Shown here: positions 50,421-59,525 of the stretch, one piece after another
Layout: each line of letters begins with the position of its first letter
How positions within the stretch are numbered: the stretch's first letter is position 1
Assembly (NCBI GenBank): GCA_963778655.1
Contig: CAVZVA010000003.1
Span: forward strand, 128,001-192,000
Direction: 5' to 3'
Length of the DNA stretch: 64,000 nt
Source: an uncultured delta proteobacterium
Lineage (GTDB): Bacteria > Myxococcota_A > Polyangia > Polyangiales > JAFGIB01
Notes under the pieces: generated by a model
What the model saw: the letters and a program-made list of their open reading frames with translations, nothing else
Databases searched by the model: none
Told to the model about the DNA's origin: nothing
Made by a program: the position numbers and the translations under genes

Positions 50421-51902
50421 CTACGACCGCCGTCGTCGCAACGCTAGCGGCAGCAGCAACAGCGCCAGCAGCTCCGCAAGGCTCGCGGGCGAGGCTGCAC
50501 GCACGGCGCAGCCGCTGTGGTGACCGCCGGTATTCGTAGCAGCCGCACCCGCCGTGCCGATCGCGCCGATCATCCCGTTACCGCCGGTGCCGACCACGCC
50601 GGTGCCGCCCGTCCCGCCGGTGGCGACCGGCGTGCTGGCGCCGCCGGCGCCGCTCGGCGATGCGGCGCCCGCGTCGGCCATCGTGCCCGCGGGGTCCATC
50701 GGCATGACCACGGCGCTGCCGTTGCCGAACTGCGAGCGCTCGTGCTGCCAGTCGCGGAACGGGATATCGCACAGCATCGTGGTCGGGGCGTCCATGCCGC
50801 ATCCGACCTCGTCGGCGATGTCCATGAAGGCCATCCAGGGCTGAAACGAGTCGCCCCCGTCGGCGGACAGGCCGAGCCCATCGAGCTGCGCGGCGAGCCC
50901 TTCGTAGTAGCCGCCCGCCCATAGCATTCCCTGATGCTCCGCGACGTAGGTCACCTGGACGGCGGCGCCGGCCGGCGCAAAGGTCTGCAGCCCATCGATC
51001 GAGCGGTACAGCCCGTTCAGGCCCGCCACCCACGCGGTCGAGCCGTCGGCGCTGAACGCCGCGCTCAGCAGCGTCTCGGTGCTGAACGGGCTGGTGAAGG
51101 TCTTACCCCCGTCCCGGCTCAGCAGCAGGCGCTCCGGCGTGTATCCCGGGTTGGCGCCGGTCGCCTTGGCCAGCAGCACGTTGGGATCGGCCGGGCTGAT
51201 CGCCAGCAGCCGCACGTCGAGCTCCTGGTCGAGCACGGGCACGTCGAAGCGCTCCCAGGTCTTGCCCGAGTCCATTGAACGCGCGACGTAATGCTTGAAG
51301 TTACCCATGGCATCGAAGACCGATCCCGCTGCGTAGAGCTGCGCGGGATGCTGCGGCGCGACTAGCAGCGAGCGCAGGAAGTCGTCGTCGGCCGCAGGCA
51401 TTAGCTGGGTGAAGCTCGCGGCGGCGTCCTCGGTGACGTAGATGCCGCCCTGGCCAGTGCCAAAAACGGCGACGTACACGCGACCCGGTTGCGCCGGGTC
51501 CTTCGCGATCGCAGGAGCCGAGAGCGTCGCGAACGGGGCCACGCCTTGCCAATTGCAGCCCTGATCGGAGGTGGTCTGGAGCCCGGCGCTGGTCCCGACC
51601 AGCAACCTACCGTCGGTCAGGTAGGCTGCGCTCGGCTGCTCGCTAACGGTGATGTGCAGCGCCTCGTTGCACATGATGCGCCAACCGCTGCCGTCGGGCT
51701 TGCCGAATGCCAGACCGCGGTTGGTGACCAGCAGCACTTCGCCGCCGTCATCGCGCCAAACCACCTGCAACACTTGCGGGGCCGCGTGCGCGAACGCTAC
51801 CGCCGCGGGCAGCCACGCGCTCAACGCGACGAGCAGTCGCAAGCCCACACCTTGCCACCGTCGCCGTCGTTGGACCCGAGACGAAACCACAATGGGGTCC
51901 AT
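50421..51902 (-). CDS. BNR/Asp-box beta-propeller protein with MYXO-CTERM-like tail
   Basis: SDQGCNW, SMDSGKTW, SRDGGKTF, SADGGDSF; SGCAV...LLLLPLALRRRRS. Confidence 0.8.
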   Translation of the reverse strand: MDPIVVSSRVQRRRRWQGVGLRLLVALSAWLPAAVAFAHAAPQVLQVVWRDDGGEVLLVTNRGLAFGKPDGSGWRIMCNEALHITVSEQPSAAYLTDGRLLVGTSAGLQTTSDQGCNWQGVAPFATLSAPAIAKDPAQPGRVYVAVFGTGQGGIYVTEDAAASFTQLMPAADDDFLRSLLVAPQHPAQLYAAGSVFDAMGNFKHYVARSMDSGKTWERFDVPVLDQELDVRLLAISPADPNVLLAKATGANPGYTPERLLLSRDGGKTFTSPFSTETLLSAAFSADGSTAWVAGLNGLYRSIDGLQTFAPAGAAVQVTYVAEHQGMLWAGGYYEGLAAQLDGLGLSADGGDSFQPWMAFMDIADEVGCGMDAPTTMLCDIPFRDWQHERSQFGNGSAVVMPMDPAGTMADAGAASPSGAGGASTPVATGGTGGTGVVGTGGNGMIGAIGTAGAAATNTGGHHSGCAVRAASPASLAELLALLLLPLALRRRRS

Positions 51903-52028
51903 ACGATCGCTTATAACACGCGCGGCTGCGCCTGCACGGACGTGGCGGCCATGCGCGCGACGATTCTCCACGCGATTATCCATGCGTGACATGCGCTGCG
52001 CGCGCTCGACTCTGTTACTCTGTGGACC

Positions 52029-52472
52029 ATGCGTCGTGTTCTGGCGTGTATCGATCTATCCGCTGCGAGCGAAGCCGTGCTGACCTGCGCGAGCAACCTC
52101 GCTCAGCCCGGCGGCGAGCTCTGGCTGCTGCACGTGGCAGCGCCCGATCCGGACTTCATAGGCTACGAGGTCGGACCGCAGAGCGTGCGCGATGCGGTCG
52201 CGAGCAAGCTACGGGGCAAGCACAAGCGCATGCAGGAACTGGCGGCGCCGCTTCAGACGGCGGGCCTGGGCGTCACGCCGCTGACGGTGCAGGGCGTCGT
52301 GGTCGAGCGCATCCTTGAGCACGCGGCGCGCGTGGGCGCGGAGCTGATCGTGCTCGCATCCTCCAGCCACGGCGCGGTCCACGAGCTGATCGCGGGCAGC
52401 GTGGTGCGCGGCGTGCTGCACGACGCCACGGTGCCGGTGGTGGTGGTGCCGGCTCACGCGCCAGGCTCCTGA
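52029..52472 (+). CDS. Universal stress protein
   Basis: VLACIDLS, LLHV, LIVLASSSHG...GSVVRGVL..ATVPVVVVP. Confidence 0.9.
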   Translation: MRRVLACIDLSAASEAVLTCASNLAQPGGELWLLHVAAPDPDFIGYEVGPQSVRDAVASKLRGKHKRMQELAAPLQTAGLGVTPLTVQGVVVERILEHAARVGAELIVLASSSHGAVHELIAGSVVRGVLHDATVPVVVVPAHAPGS

Positions 52473-52555
52473 CGCGGGTGTTGGCTCAGCAACCGGTGAG
52501 CCGGCCGTCTTCGTGTTGACTCCCATCGCCGGCGCGGCCTGAGCACGACCCGCGC

Positions 52556-55078
52556 TCAGCGTTGCCAGAGCACGAAGTCGAGCTCGAGCGGGATGGCCGC
52601 CGCAGGGTGATACGGCACGATCCGCGCCGTGTAGTCCGCGGCCGGGCGCCGGTCGGAGACCTCGGCCTCGTACACGTAGCCGGCGCTGGCCCCGGTGAGC
52701 TCGGCGACGCGACGCATCGGCGTCCGCGCGGGGCCCTCGCCGTCGCGCGGGTCGGCGTAGAGCTCGAGCACGACCTGCTCCTTGGGGAGGTCGTCGAGAT
52801 AGACCTGCACGCGGAAATGGTGGCAGCCTTCGCCTTGCTCCACGCTCAGCTCGCCGAAGCGCAGCTGCATGGCGCGCGTCGCGAGCGAAGCGCGAAACCC
52901 CACCAGCTCGCGCGCGAGCGAACAGCGCTCGGCGGCCCGCGCGTGAAAGGCCGCGGCCCCCGGCGCGTAGAAGCGCTCGGTGTACTCGCGCAGCATGCGA
53001 TCCGCGGAGAAGCGCGGCGTCAGTCGTCCCATGCTGGCGCGCATGCGCGCGACCCAAGCCGCAGGCACGCCGCGCTCGTCGCGCTGATAGTACGCGGGCA
53101 CGACTTCCTGCTCGAGCAACCGGTACATCGCGTCGGCCTGCAGCGCATCCAGCTCGGCATCGTCGCGCGCCTCGGGTGCGTCGGGCAGTGCCCAGCCCAG
53201 CTCGGGTGCGTAGGCCTCGGCCCACCAGCCATCCAGCACCGAGAGATTGAGCCCGCCGTTGACCAGCACCTTCATGCCGCTGGTCCCGCTGGCCTCCCAG
53301 GGACGGCGCGGGGTGTTGATCCAGAGGTCGACGCCCTGCACCAGCTCGGCGGCCAGCGCCAGGTCGTAGTCCTCGAGCAGCACCACGCGCTGGCAAGCGC
53401 GCTCGCTGCGCAGAAAATCGCTCCAGGCGCGCAGCAGGCGCTTGCCGCGCGCATCCTGCGGGTGAGCCTTGCCGGCGAGGATCAGCTGCACCGGGCGCGC
53501 CGAATCGCCCAGCAGACGAGCCAGGCGTGCGGGGTCGTGCAGCAACAGGTTGGGTCGCTTGTACGCGGTGAAGCGCCGTGCGAAGCCGAGCGTCAGCACG
53601 TCGGGGTCGAGCGCAGCGGCGCAGCGCGCGATCTCGTCGCGGCCGGCGCCGTGCGCGGCGTGCTGGCGCGCGAAACGGCGGCGCACCGACTCGACCAACT
53701 GCCGCCGCCCCGCGCTGCGCATCGTCCACAGCGCGGCGTCCTCGACGCCGGCCAGGCTCTTCTCCACGCCGTCGGTCGCGCCGAGCCAGGGCGTCCGTCC
53801 GCAGGCGCCCACGAACAGCGCGTCGGCGCCCTCCGAGTCCCACGACGGCACGTGCACGCCGTTGGTGACGTGCTCCACCGGGACCTCGCACAGCGGGCGG
53901 CGCGGAAACAGCGGCGCGAACAGCGCGCGGCTGACCGCGCCGTGCAACCGGCTCACCCCGTTGACGAAGCCCGCGCCGCGCAGCGCCAGGTACGCGGTGA
54001 CGAAGGGCCCTCTGGCATCCTCCGGGTCGGCGCGACCGAGCGCGAGCAGCTGCGGCAGGGCGAGACCCAGGCTCTCGGCATAGCCGCCCAGATACTGGCC
54101 CACCAGCTCCGGCGGAAAGTAGTCGAAACCGCTGGCCACGGGCGTGTGCGTGGTGAAGACATTGCCGGCACGGGTCGCGCACAGCGCGATCTCGAAGGGC
54201 TGGCCGGCGCGCGCCATGAATGTGCGCGCGCGCTCCAGCACCGCGAACGCGGCATGGCCCTCGTTGAGATGGCACACGTCGCAGTCGAGCCCCAGCGCCT
54301 GCAACGCGCGGAAGCCGCCGATGCCGAGCACCAGCTCCTGCTGCAGCCGCAGCTCGCTGCCGCCGCCGTACAGCTCGCCGGTGATGCCGCGATCGCTCGG
54401 CGCGTTGAGCGGGTCGTTGCTGTCGAGCAGGTAGAGCTTCACGCGGCCGACCTGGGCCTGCCAGATGCGCAGACGCAGCGCGCGCCCCGGTAGCTCGAGC
54501 GTGACGCACAGCCAGGTTCCGCCCGGGGTCAAGGCCGGAGTGACCGGCAGCATGAGCGGATCGTTGTAGGGGAAGAACTCGAGCTGCTCGCCGCTGGCGG
54601 TCAGAGCCTGGCGGAAGTAGCCCTGCTGGTAGAGCAGCCCCATGCCCACGATCGGCACGCCCAGATCGCTCGCGGTCTTGAGCAAGTCGCCGGCGAGCAC
54701 CCCGAGGCCGCCGGAGTAGATCGGCAGCGCCTGGTCGAGCGCGAACTCCATGCTGAAGTAGGCGACCTGCACCAGCGGCTCGCCGGCGCGCGCGTCGGCG
54801 TACCAGCTGCGGCGTCCCAGGTATTGCTCGCGCAGCACGAGCTGAGCCTGCAGATCGCCCAGCAGCTCTCGATCCTCGGCCAGCTCCTCCAGCCGCGCGT
54901 CGCCCAGGCTCTCCAGGATCAACCAGGGGTTACGGGTCAGCTCCCAGATCTCCGGGTCGAGACGTTGCCACAGCCGGTCGCTCTCGCCGCTCCAGCTCCA
55001 GCGCAGGTCGAGCGCGAGCGTGACAAGCCCCGCAAGGGCCGGCGGCAGGGGACGGGGCAGGTAGTGTGCCGATTGCAT
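52556..55078 (-). CDS. glgP: Alpha-glucan (glycogen/starch) phosphorylase
   Basis: YFSMEF, YSGGLGVLAGD, HLNEGH, ARRFTAYKR, PLP site EASGTSGMK. Confidence 0.95.
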   Translation of the reverse strand: MQSAHYLPRPLPPALAGLVTLALDLRWSWSGESDRLWQRLDPEIWELTRNPWLILESLGDARLEELAEDRELLGDLQAQLVLREQYLGRRSWYADARAGEPLVQVAYFSMEFALDQALPIYSGGLGVLAGDLLKTASDLGVPIVGMGLLYQQGYFRQALTASGEQLEFFPYNDPLMLPVTPALTPGGTWLCVTLELPGRALRLRIWQAQVGRVKLYLLDSNDPLNAPSDRGITGELYGGGSELRLQQELVLGIGGFRALQALGLDCDVCHLNEGHAAFAVLERARTFMARAGQPFEIALCATRAGNVFTTHTPVASGFDYFPPELVGQYLGGYAESLGLALPQLLALGRADPEDARGPFVTAYLALRGAGFVNGVSRLHGAVSRALFAPLFPRRPLCEVPVEHVTNGVHVPSWDSEGADALFVGACGRTPWLGATDGVEKSLAGVEDAALWTMRSAGRRQLVESVRRRFARQHAAHGAGRDEIARCAAALDPDVLTLGFARRFTAYKRPNLLLHDPARLARLLGDSARPVQLILAGKAHPQDARGKRLLRAWSDFLRSERACQRVVLLEDYDLALAAELVQGVDLWINTPRRPWEASGTSGMKVLVNGGLNLSVLDGWWAEAYAPELGWALPDAPEARDDAELDALQADAMYRLLEQEVVPAYYQRDERGVPAAWVARMRASMGRLTPRFSADRMLREYTERFYAPGAAAFHARAAERCSLARELVGFRASLATRAMQLRFGELSVEQGEGCHHFRVQVYLDDLPKEQVVLELYADPRDGEGPARTPMRRVAELTGASAGYVYEAEVSDRRPAADYTARIVPYHPAAAIPLELDFVLWQR

Positions 55079-55082
55079 CGGT

Positions 55083-55637
55083 CTAGATTCTCACGCGCGC
55101 GCTAGGGCGCAGCGGCCCGCGCTCGAGCAGATAGAACAGCAGCAGACCGAGCTCCCAGAACAGCAGCACCAGGAGCCACGGGTCGACCCCGAGCTGGCGT
55201 GCGAGCGTGATCGGACCGAGGTGTACGGGGTTCGCCAGCAAGGGGAAGACCTTTTCGTAACCGAAACCAAACAGGAGCGCGCCGGCGTACAGGCCGAGCC
55301 CGCCCGGGATGATGTAGTCGAGCCGACCTTCGCCCGCGCCCGCGGCGACCGTGCCGGGGCAGAAGCCGGCCACGGCCATGCCCACCCCGAAGACCAGACC
55401 ACCGACCAGGTTACCGATCAAGTAGGTATCCGCCACCGGCACGACGACGCTCAGGCGCAGCGCGACCAGGCTCTGGGTGCCTAGCATCGATACCATCAAT
55501 GCGCTCATCAGGAATTTGAGCACGGTGAAATCGCTGAAACGAAACACGTTGACGATGGTTTCGTAGCGCCCGAGGCGGCCCTTCTGGAGCACGAAGCCGA
55601 AACAGAAGCCGAGCACCAGCGGGACGAGCGTGTGCAT
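55083..55637 (-). CDS. YeeE/YedE-family sulfur-compound transporter subunit
   Basis: GFCFGFVLQKG, GGLVFGVGMAVAGFCPGT. Confidence 0.85.
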   Translation of the reverse strand: MHTLVPLVLGFCFGFVLQKGRLGRYETIVNVFRFSDFTVLKFLMSALMVSMLGTQSLVALRLSVVVPVADTYLIGNLVGGLVFGVGMAVAGFCPGTVAAGAGEGRLDYIIPGGLGLYAGALLFGFGYEKVFPLLANPVHLGPITLARQLGVDPWLLVLLFWELGLLLFYLLERGPLRPSARVRI

Positions 55638-55639
55638 GC

Positions 55640-56167
55640 TCAGCTCCGGGGTCGCGCGCGATACAGAAAGCGCGCGGTGGGGATGCCGCCGGCGAACATG
55701 GCCGCCATGAACACGAACGCGCCCGGCGCGAGCACCGCTCCGCCCGAGACTGCCAGGCTGGCCGTGCAGCCGCCCGCGATGCCGGCGGCGAGCTCGATCA
55801 GCAAGGTGCCGGCAAGCACGATCAGCCAGCGCTTGGCGACGCTGGGGCCGAACACCTCGACCCACTGGCTGTCGGGCATGCTGCGCAGCCGAAACTCTCG
55901 CCCCAGCAGCGCGGACGCGAGCGCACCACAGAACGTGCCTACCGCGAGTAGCACCTCCCAGCTCAGGCCCACCGGCAGCACGTAGCGGAAATACACGCTG
56001 GAAGGGTCGAGCAGGCGGCCCGCGTAGCCGGACAGGTGCTGGTACGCACCCGCGCCGCTGAGACGCTTGCCGAAGACCGCCAGCGAGATGGTGGTGGTCA
56101 GGCCGAGACCGGCGCCCGCCGCGTAGGGCGACCACGAGCTGCGCCTGAGCACGCTGCCGGCGCTCAT
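55640..56167 (-). CDS. YeeE/YedE-family sulfur-compound transporter subunit
   Basis: WSPYAAGAGLG, AAGIAGGCTAS. Confidence 0.82.
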   Translation of the reverse strand: MSAGSVLRRSSWSPYAAGAGLGLTTTISLAVFGKRLSGAGAYQHLSGYAGRLLDPSSVYFRYVLPVGLSWEVLLAVGTFCGALASALLGREFRLRSMPDSQWVEVFGPSVAKRWLIVLAGTLLIELAAGIAGGCTASLAVSGGAVLAPGAFVFMAAMFAGGIPTARFLYRARPRS

Positions 56168-56255
56168 GGCCACACCTCGCTGCCCGGCTCGCGTGCCCGC
56201 GCGTTGTCCTTCGGCCTCGCGTCCGAGGCTTGCAGTCGCCGTGACACAGAGCCTC

Positions 56256-56774
56256 TCATGCGGGCGGCTGCCGCTGGCCGGCGTGCCGGCGCAGCCGCCG
56301 CTCGTTGCGCGCCACATAGCCGGCGCCAAGCGCGCCCAGCAGCAGCTCGCTGCCGGCCAGCACGACGTTGGCCCAGGGCACGGCGCCGGCGTCGGGTTGG
56401 CCGGCGGCAAGCGCGCGCGCTGCCGCGCGCGGCGGCGGAGGGTGCCGCAAGTAGGTGTCGGCCAGCGCGGCGGCATTGCCGGGATGGCAGGGTCCACAGC
56501 GGGTGTCGATCTCCGCCAGCGGAGAGGTCACGCCGCGGTGCGCGCTCGCCTTGTCCACGGCCTCGGGGTTTCCGCCGTGGCACCGCGGGCAGAAGTCGCC
56601 GAACGCGTGGTCGGCGTGCCACGGGGAGCCGCCCATCAGCACCGGCCGCGCGCCGGCAACCTCGTGGCAGTTGCGGCACTGGGACAGCGTAGCGCCGCAT
56701 TGCGCGTGCGATGCGCTCGCCGTCAGCATGATCATCGCCAGCACCCATGCGCTCACTCTCACCTGGGGGCCCAT
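56256..56774 (-). CDS. Membrane-anchored triheme cytochrome c
   Basis: Signal peptide, CRNCH, CPRCH, CGPCH, C-terminal TM helix. Confidence 0.8.
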   Translation of the reverse strand: MGPQVRVSAWVLAMIMLTASASHAQCGATLSQCRNCHEVAGARPVLMGGSPWHADHAFGDFCPRCHGGNPEAVDKASAHRGVTSPLAEIDTRCGPCHPGNAAALADTYLRHPPPPRAAARALAAGQPDAGAVPWANVVLAGSELLLGALGAGYVARNERRLRRHAGQRQPPA

Positions 56775-56833
56775 CCCCGCCGATACATACGCACCTGCGG
56801 ACGGGCGCAACGCGGCGAGCGCGGCGCGCGCCG

Positions 56834-58603
56834 TCACAACTTGCACTCGCCGGGGTCGCACTTGGCCCCGTGCTCGTGCTCGAAGGGTTCCTCGCCGACG
56901 CCCAGCTCCAGCACCTGGCTGGGCTTGCTCTGATGCCGAAACACGGTGATGCCCTTGAGCCCGAGCTCGAAGGCGCGCTGATAAATGCGCGCCACGTCGG
57001 CGGGCGTGGCCGAGTGCGGCAGGTTGATGGTCTTGGACACCGAGTTGTCGACATGGCGCTGGAACGCCGCCTGGATGCGCAGGTGGCGCTCGGGCGAGAT
57101 CTCCAGCGCGGTCACGAACAGGCGCTTGAGCGCGTCGGGTGCGGCTTCCACCTCGCCGAGCCGGCCGCGTTGTTCCACCTGCTCGAGCACGCGCTCGGCG
57201 TCGGCGCCGAGCCGCGACAGCGCCGGCAGCAAAAGCGGGCTCACCTCGCGCAGCGGCGGGCCGCCCAGGCGGTGGCTGCGCCGGTAAGCCAGCGCGAACA
57301 GCGGCTCGATGCCGGCGCTGGTGCCGGCCAGGATGCCGATCGTGCCGGTGGGCGCGATCGCCGTGCGGGTGGCATTGCGCAGTGGCGTCTGCCCCGCATA
57401 GATGCTGCGCGGGAAGGCCGGAAACGGGCCGCGCTGCTCGGCCAGCGCCCGCGACGCCGCCAGCGCTTCCTCGGCGACGACCTGCATGATCTGCTCGGCG
57501 AGCGCCTCGGCGCGGTCGGAGTCGTACGAAACACCCAGCCGCAGCAATGCCTCGGCGAAGCCCATCAGACCCAGACCGAGCTTGCGGTTCCTCGCGGTCT
57601 GCTGCGCGATCTGCGGTACCGGCAAACGGTTCACCTCGACCACGTCGTCGAGAAAGCGCAACGCGGTGCGCGTGGTCTCCCGCAGCTTGTTCCAGTCGAT
57701 GGCCGCGGCGTCGCCCTCGCCGTGACTCGGGAGCAGCATGCGCGCCAGGTTGATCGAGCCGAGGTTGCACGCCTCGTAGGGCAGCAGCGGCACCTCGCCG
57801 CAGGGGTTGGTGGCCTCGATGCGGCCTTGCTCGGGCGTCGGGTTCGCGCGCTCGATCGCGTCGAGAAACAAGAGCCCAGGATCGCCCCCGCGCCAGGCCG
57901 CCTGGGCGATGGCGTCGAACAGCTCGCGGGCAGCGATGTGGCCGCTGACCGCGCCGGTGCGGGGATGGCGCAGCGGCTGGGTCGCACCCTCGCGGACGGC
58001 GCGCATGAACGCATCGGTCACGCCGACCGAAAGGTTGACGCTGGTCAGCGCGTCCGGCTCGAGCTTGGCGCGCACGAAGTCGAGCACGTCGGGATGATCG
58101 CAACGCAGCACGGCCATGTTGGCGCCGCGCCGCTTGCCGCCCTGCGCCACCTCCTGGCTGACGGCGTCGAACACGCGCAGAAAGCCGAGCGGCCCCGCGG
58201 CGTGCCCGCCTGTTCTGAGCACGAGGTCGCCCGCCGGGCGCAAGCGCGAGAAGCTGAAGCCAGTGCCGCCGCCCGCGCTCTGCACCAGCGCCATGTCCTT
58301 GATGCTCTCGAAGATGCCCTCGATCGAGTCCGTGACCGGGAGCACGAAGCAGGCCGAAAGCTGCCCGCACGAGGTGCCCGCGTTCATCAGCGTGGGGCTG
58401 TTGGGCAGAAACTCCAGGCTGCGCAGCAGGCGCAGGAAGCGCTCGCCAAAGCGCGCGCGCTCGGGCGCGGGCTCGGCCGCAGCCACCGCGCCCGCCACGC
58501 GCTCGAACAGCTGCTCCGGGGTCTCGCGGATCTCGCCCTGCTCGTCGCGGCGCAGGTAGCGCGCCTGCAGCACGCGCAACGCGCTCGGGGTCAGCGCGGG
58601 CAT
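56834..58603 (-). CDS. nrdJ: Adenosylcobalamin-dependent (class II) ribonucleotide reductase
   Basis: FLPNSPTLMNAG, QLSACFV, GGGTG, RRGANM, TNPCGE, ACNLGSINL, IAPTGT, C-terminal CDPGEC. Confidence 0.93.
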   Translation of the reverse strand: MPALTPSALRVLQARYLRRDEQGEIRETPEQLFERVAGAVAAAEPAPERARFGERFLRLLRSLEFLPNSPTLMNAGTSCGQLSACFVLPVTDSIEGIFESIKDMALVQSAGGGTGFSFSRLRPAGDLVLRTGGHAAGPLGFLRVFDAVSQEVAQGGKRRGANMAVLRCDHPDVLDFVRAKLEPDALTSVNLSVGVTDAFMRAVREGATQPLRHPRTGAVSGHIAARELFDAIAQAAWRGGDPGLLFLDAIERANPTPEQGRIEATNPCGEVPLLPYEACNLGSINLARMLLPSHGEGDAAAIDWNKLRETTRTALRFLDDVVEVNRLPVPQIAQQTARNRKLGLGLMGFAEALLRLGVSYDSDRAEALAEQIMQVVAEEALAASRALAEQRGPFPAFPRSIYAGQTPLRNATRTAIAPTGTIGILAGTSAGIEPLFALAYRRSHRLGGPPLREVSPLLLPALSRLGADAERVLEQVEQRGRLGEVEAAPDALKRLFVTALEISPERHLRIQAAFQRHVDNSVSKTINLPHSATPADVARIYQRAFELGLKGITVFRHQSKPSQVLELGVGEEPFEHEHGAKCDPGECKL

Positions 58604-58605
58604 GA

Positions 58606-59264
58606 TCACGCGGGGGCGCGGCACCGGCCGCGGCGGTGCCGGCGATTGCCGCCGCCAGCTCGTCGACGAAGCGGTCGAGCGCCACCCAGTCGGTGTACTC
58701 GTAGTCGCGCGAGGTGTCGGTGTCGCCGCCCTCGCTCTTGGTAATGCGCTTCATCACGAAGCGCATCAGCACGTTGTAGCGGGTGTAGAGCAAGGCGCCG
58801 GCGACCGGCTTGACCCGCACAGGATGCCAGCCGGTCTGCTCGAAGAACTCGTCGATCATGCGGCGCACGTCCGCCTCGGCCCTTGCGCGCTTGTCGGCGG
58901 GCCGGTCGGGCTGCTCGACCCCGGCCTCGCTCAAGCTGACCGAGAGAAACGCCGCGGGCAGCCGCTCGAGCTCGGCGCGGCGGTGCTTGACGAACTGCAC
59001 CAGCTCGGGCTCGTGGCGGCCGCGATGCACGGAGCCGGCGACCACCACGCCGTCATAGGCGAAAAGATCGAGCGCTTGATCATGGCGATCGAGGCGGTGA
59101 ACATCGGCGCCGAAGCCCTGCACGCGGAGCTCGGCGGCCACGTGCTCGGCCACCCGCCCGGTGTGGCCCTCGCGCGTGGCGTAGAGCACCATGACCCGCT
59201 TGCCGGCGGCGGGGCGGACCGCGGCGCGGCTCGCAGGTTCCTCTGTCTGTGGCGTCGGTTGCAT
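58606..59264 (-). CDS. hemG: Flavodoxin-fold protoporphyrinogen oxidase (HemG-like); natural stop missing
   Basis: LYATREGHT, GSVHRGRH, AFLSVSL, AGALLYTRYN, DTDTSRDYEYTDW. End coordinate inferred from an out-of-frame TGA. Confidence 0.75.
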
Positions 59265-59525
59265 GGCGTCGCCTCCGGGCCGAAATGGTCGAGCAGAAGA
59301 GGACCCGACGGAAAGCCCGGATCTGTCTCGTCCTTCCCGCCTTCCTGTCGTGCGGTTGAATCCTCGGGGCTATCACCCCGGATGCCCAAATGACGTAGGC
59401 CCCGTTTCGCCGCAGGCCAGGGCCACGAGCGCGGGCGAGCAACCGCGCGGAGGCCTTGTCACGCAGCATCCCGCGCGTAGGTCCGAGCGTGGGCGTGGGG
59501 CGCGCAGGCCCCCGCCGAGGAAGAG

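Noticed and set aside
59265..59525. Possible cobalamin riboswitch upstream of hemG-nrdJ
   Set aside because: A GGGAAGG is present, but no B12-box or GCCACTG core could be found by eye.
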